From Candidatus Sabulitectum sp. (GTDB lineage Bacteria; Fermentibacterota; Fermentibacteria; Fermentibacterales; JCC-6), in assembly GCA_029940175.1 (NCBI GenBank), contig JAOZRM010000002.1:1-36587 (forward strand): a stretch of DNA of 36,587 nucleotides, written 5' to 3'. The position numbers were made by a program, and so were the translations under genes. Positions 34,935 through 36,587 of the stretch are shown here, piece by piece (position 1 is the stretch's first letter; each line of letters starts with the position of its first letter). The notes under the pieces are model-generated. The model worked only from the letters and a program-made list of their open reading frames with translations, did not search any database and was not told the origin of the DNA.

Positions 34935-35428
34935 GTAGAACACCAGCTGTGATATCAACTTCGATTGTCTTGCTGGGAATCTGGTTCAGCTTAACACTTA
35001 GCACAGATATTCAAGAAATAACCCTGGGAGTGGTTGTGAGCCTTATTGTGGCCATTGCAACACATGGAGCACTTACCGGAAACCTTTTCACTCTCCTTAA
35101 TCCCAGGAAAGGTCTGGCGGCAATCAACTATGTTTTTTACTTCCTGGGTCAGATGGTGAAAGCCAATATTGATGTATTTCTGAGAATTTTCAGACCTGTC
35201 ATCCCGATCAAGCCCGGTATCGTCAAGGCCAGGTTGACTATTAAGAGTGAGCGGGCTAAAGCAATAGTGGCGAATTCCATAACCCTGACCCCGGGTACCA
35301 TCACAATTGACATCATTGGAGACGAAATTTTCGTACACTGGGTTTTCCTGCCCAGTGGGGACGTACATGCTGAAACTCAAGCTATGGTGGACAGTTTCGC
35401 AGGAAGATTGGAGAAGATCTTTGAGTAG
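34931..35428 (+). CDS. mrpE: Mrp/Mnh antiporter-type subunit E (MbhA-like)
   Basis: ATGA overlap with the rex stop. Two N-terminal TM helices. VANSITLTPGTITIDI..DEIFVHW is the MrpE signature. Confidence 0.8.
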   Translation: MSRTPAVISTSIVLLGIWFSLTLSTDIQEITLGVVVSLIVAIATHGALTGNLFTLLNPRKGLAAINYVFYFLGQMVKANIDVFLRIFRPVIPIKPGIVKARLTIKSERAKAIVANSITLTPGTITIDIIGDEIFVHWVFLPSGDVHAETQAMVDSFAGRLEKIFE

Positions 35429-35684
35429 CACATTCCTGATTATTCTCTTTGTGCTGATCGGTGGCGGACTCTTCCTTTCCTTTCTACGCCTGATTTTGGG
35501 CGGGAAAGCTACAGACAGGGCTGTAGCACTGGATACTACCACTTTGATCACAACAGGTTTTCTTGTTCTTGTGGCGTTTCTTCAAGGAAGGTCTATGCTG
35601 CTTGACGTAGCTCTTGTTTATTCTGTTCTCTCTTTCCTTGGTGTTCTGGCAATTGCCAGGTATCTGGACGGGGGGTTGAGATGA
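35421..35684 (+). CDS. mrpF: Mrp/Mnh subunit F (MbhB-like)
   Basis: Three TM helices: RLILGGKATDRAVALDTTTLI...LLDVALVYSVLSFLGVLAIARYL. The TTG at 35421 is the likely start (GTG at 35451 is an alternative). The part of the track ORF upstream of 35421 overlaps mrpE and is rejected. Confidence 0.7.
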   Translation: MSSTFLIILFVLIGGGLFLSFLRLILGGKATDRAVALDTTTLITTGFLVLVAFLQGRSMLLDVALVYSVLSFLGVLAIARYLDGGLR

Positions 35685-36016
35685 GTTTCATGGATATACT
35701 TGCTCACGTATTTACCGGCCTGGGTGCTCTGGTTCTTTTTGCCAGCGGTCTTGGTGTATTCCGGATGCCTGATGTTTTTAATAAGATGCATGCAGGAACC
35801 AAGGCTACCACCCTGGGGTCTGTACTTTTTCTGATAGGTCTTGGGCTTTTTGAACCATCCTGGATGCCCAAATTGCTTCTGATTGTTCTTTTCATAATTC
35901 TTACAAACCCTGTATCAAGCCATGCACTTGCCCGTGCTGCATACAATGAGCCATCGGAGAAACCTGATAATCTTCTCATTGATGATCTTGAAGAGAGCAA
36001 AGGAGGTGCCCAGTGA
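35681..36016 (+). CDS. mrpG: Mrp/Mnh subunit G (MbhC-like)
   Basis: ATGA overlap with mrpF. GVFRMPDVFNKMHAGTKATTLGSVLFLIG is the MnhG signature. Confidence 0.8.
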   Translation: MSFMDILAHVFTGLGALVLFASGLGVFRMPDVFNKMHAGTKATTLGSVLFLIGLGLFEPSWMPKLLLIVLFIILTNPVSSHALARAAYNEPSEKPDNLLIDDLEESKGGAQ

Positions 36017-36264
36017 ATATGACCCTTCTTGCTGCGGCTTCCATTGGAACAGGTGTAATGATGCTTGTGGCTGCAGTGGCTGCTCTTGTGGTGAGGAAGC
36101 TGATCTCCGCAATAATCATTGTGGGTTTTGTGAGTCTTTCTGCCTCTGTTCTTTTCCTGCTTATGGATGCTCCAGATGTTGCGATAACTGAAGCAAGCAT
36201 CGGAGCAGCAATTTCAACAGTGATCTTCCTCTGGGGCAGAGGAAAGATTGGAGGGGAAGAATGA
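36013..36264 (+). CDS. Small DUF4040 / MbhD-like membrane subunit (MrpB N-terminal-domain-like)
   Basis: GTG start 6 nt after AGGAGG, overlapping the mrpG stop. LFLLMDAPDVAITEASIGAAISTVIF matches the APDVA.TEA.VG motif. Confidence 0.65.
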   Translation: MNMTLLAAASIGTGVMMLVAAVAALVVRKLISAIIIVGFVSLSASVLFLLMDAPDVAITEASIGAAISTVIFLWGRGKIGGEE

Positions 36265-36587
36265 TACGCACCTTTGTGGGGCTTATAATTGTTCTAGCCC
36301 TTTCTGCCATCGTGATATCATCGGTTTCTGATTATTCAGTCCCTTCAGAGCTCATTGGAGCAGGTTTGAATTACACAGTACAGGGTGTGGATGATACCGG
36401 TTCAGCGAATCTTGTTACAGCTGTGGTTGTTGCGTATCGCGGACTGGATACTCTGGGCGAAGTAGTGGTTCTGTTCAGCGCATCTACAGCGGTTGTGCTT
36501 ATTCTGACTCTTATTCCCATAGGAGCCAATCCAACGCCTCCAAGTTCAATTGTTGCATTTACCGCAGGAATTCTGCCTGGTGCAATA
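36261..36587 (+). CDS. MnhB/MrpB-like subunit, partial (runs off the window end)
   Basis: My own translation from the ATG at 36261 (ATGA overlap with the upstream stop) is open to the window end. ANLVTAVVVAYRGLDTLGEVVVLF is the MnhB signature. This ORF is absent from the track because no stop is reached. Confidence 0.75.
   Translation, partial: MIRTFVGLIIVLALSAIVISSVSDYSVPSELIGAGLNYTVQGVDDTGSANLVTAVVVAYRGLDTLGEVVVLFSASTAVVLILTLIPIGANPTPPSSIVAFTAGILPGAI

Noticed and set aside
1-36587. CRISPR arrays, tRNA/rRNA genes, transposases, integrases, phage genes
   Set aside because: I found no regularly spaced repeats and no cloverleaf-like or rRNA-like segments in the intergenic regions. No ORF showed DDE, tyrosine- or serine-recombinase or phage structural motifs. 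A tRNAscan, Infernal and ISfinder run would be the decisive check.

Overview
36.6 kb from an anaerobe. It is probably an uncultivated FCB-group-like bacterium, because it encodes a T9SS C-terminal sorting domain protein, a CBM9/DUF5916 barrel and 6-bladed beta-propeller lipoproteins; this taxonomy is inference only. (1) 1-8.3 kb is accessory-like. It holds a minus-strand operon (XRE regulator, two tandem DUF2178-like membrane proteins, a beta-propeller lipoprotein, a Cys-rich unknown) and a secreted TPR-like protein. It also holds two more beta-propeller paralogs split by a Phd/YefM-ParE toxin-antitoxin pair, and an orphan DUF1016/YhcG PD-(D/E)xK nuclease. (2) 8.4-17.8 kb is one co-directional minus-strand redox cluster. 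In transcription order it encodes an NfnA/NfnB-like pair, a response regulator whose output is two AsnC/RAM-type ligand-binding domains with no DNA-binding domain, a NuoE-like subunit, a NuoF/HydB-like subunit, and a 1221-aa fusion (2Fe-2S, GltD-like, NuoG-type FeS, degenerate molybdopterin-like domain). The last three resemble the Stn/Bfu type of electron-bifurcating enzyme. (3) 18-25.4 kb holds a radical-SAM remnant, a TrmB regulator, MarR plus an AhpD/CMD-like protein, a T9SS cargo, DUF3795, a CBM9/DUF5916 outer-membrane protein and a small membrane protein. (4) 25.5-33.9 kb holds two divergent PEP/pyruvate-binding (PPDK_N ATP-grasp) proteins bracketing NADP-type gdhA, with a second GDH next to them. 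Both lack an obvious phospho-His swivel or TIM-barrel domain but share an unassigned C-terminal module, and one is fused to receiver domains. (5) From 34.2 kb to the end, rex is translationally coupled to Mrp/Mbh-type subunits in the order E-F-G-B-B (window truncated). I saw no rRNA, tRNA, CRISPR array, transposase or integrase by eye. The best candidates for undescribed biology are the PPDK_N-like pair around GDH, the REC-RAM-RAM regulator inside the bifurcating-enzyme cluster, and the rex-Mrp/Mbh fusion operon. All family assignments rest on motif recognition by eye and need HMM or structure searches.
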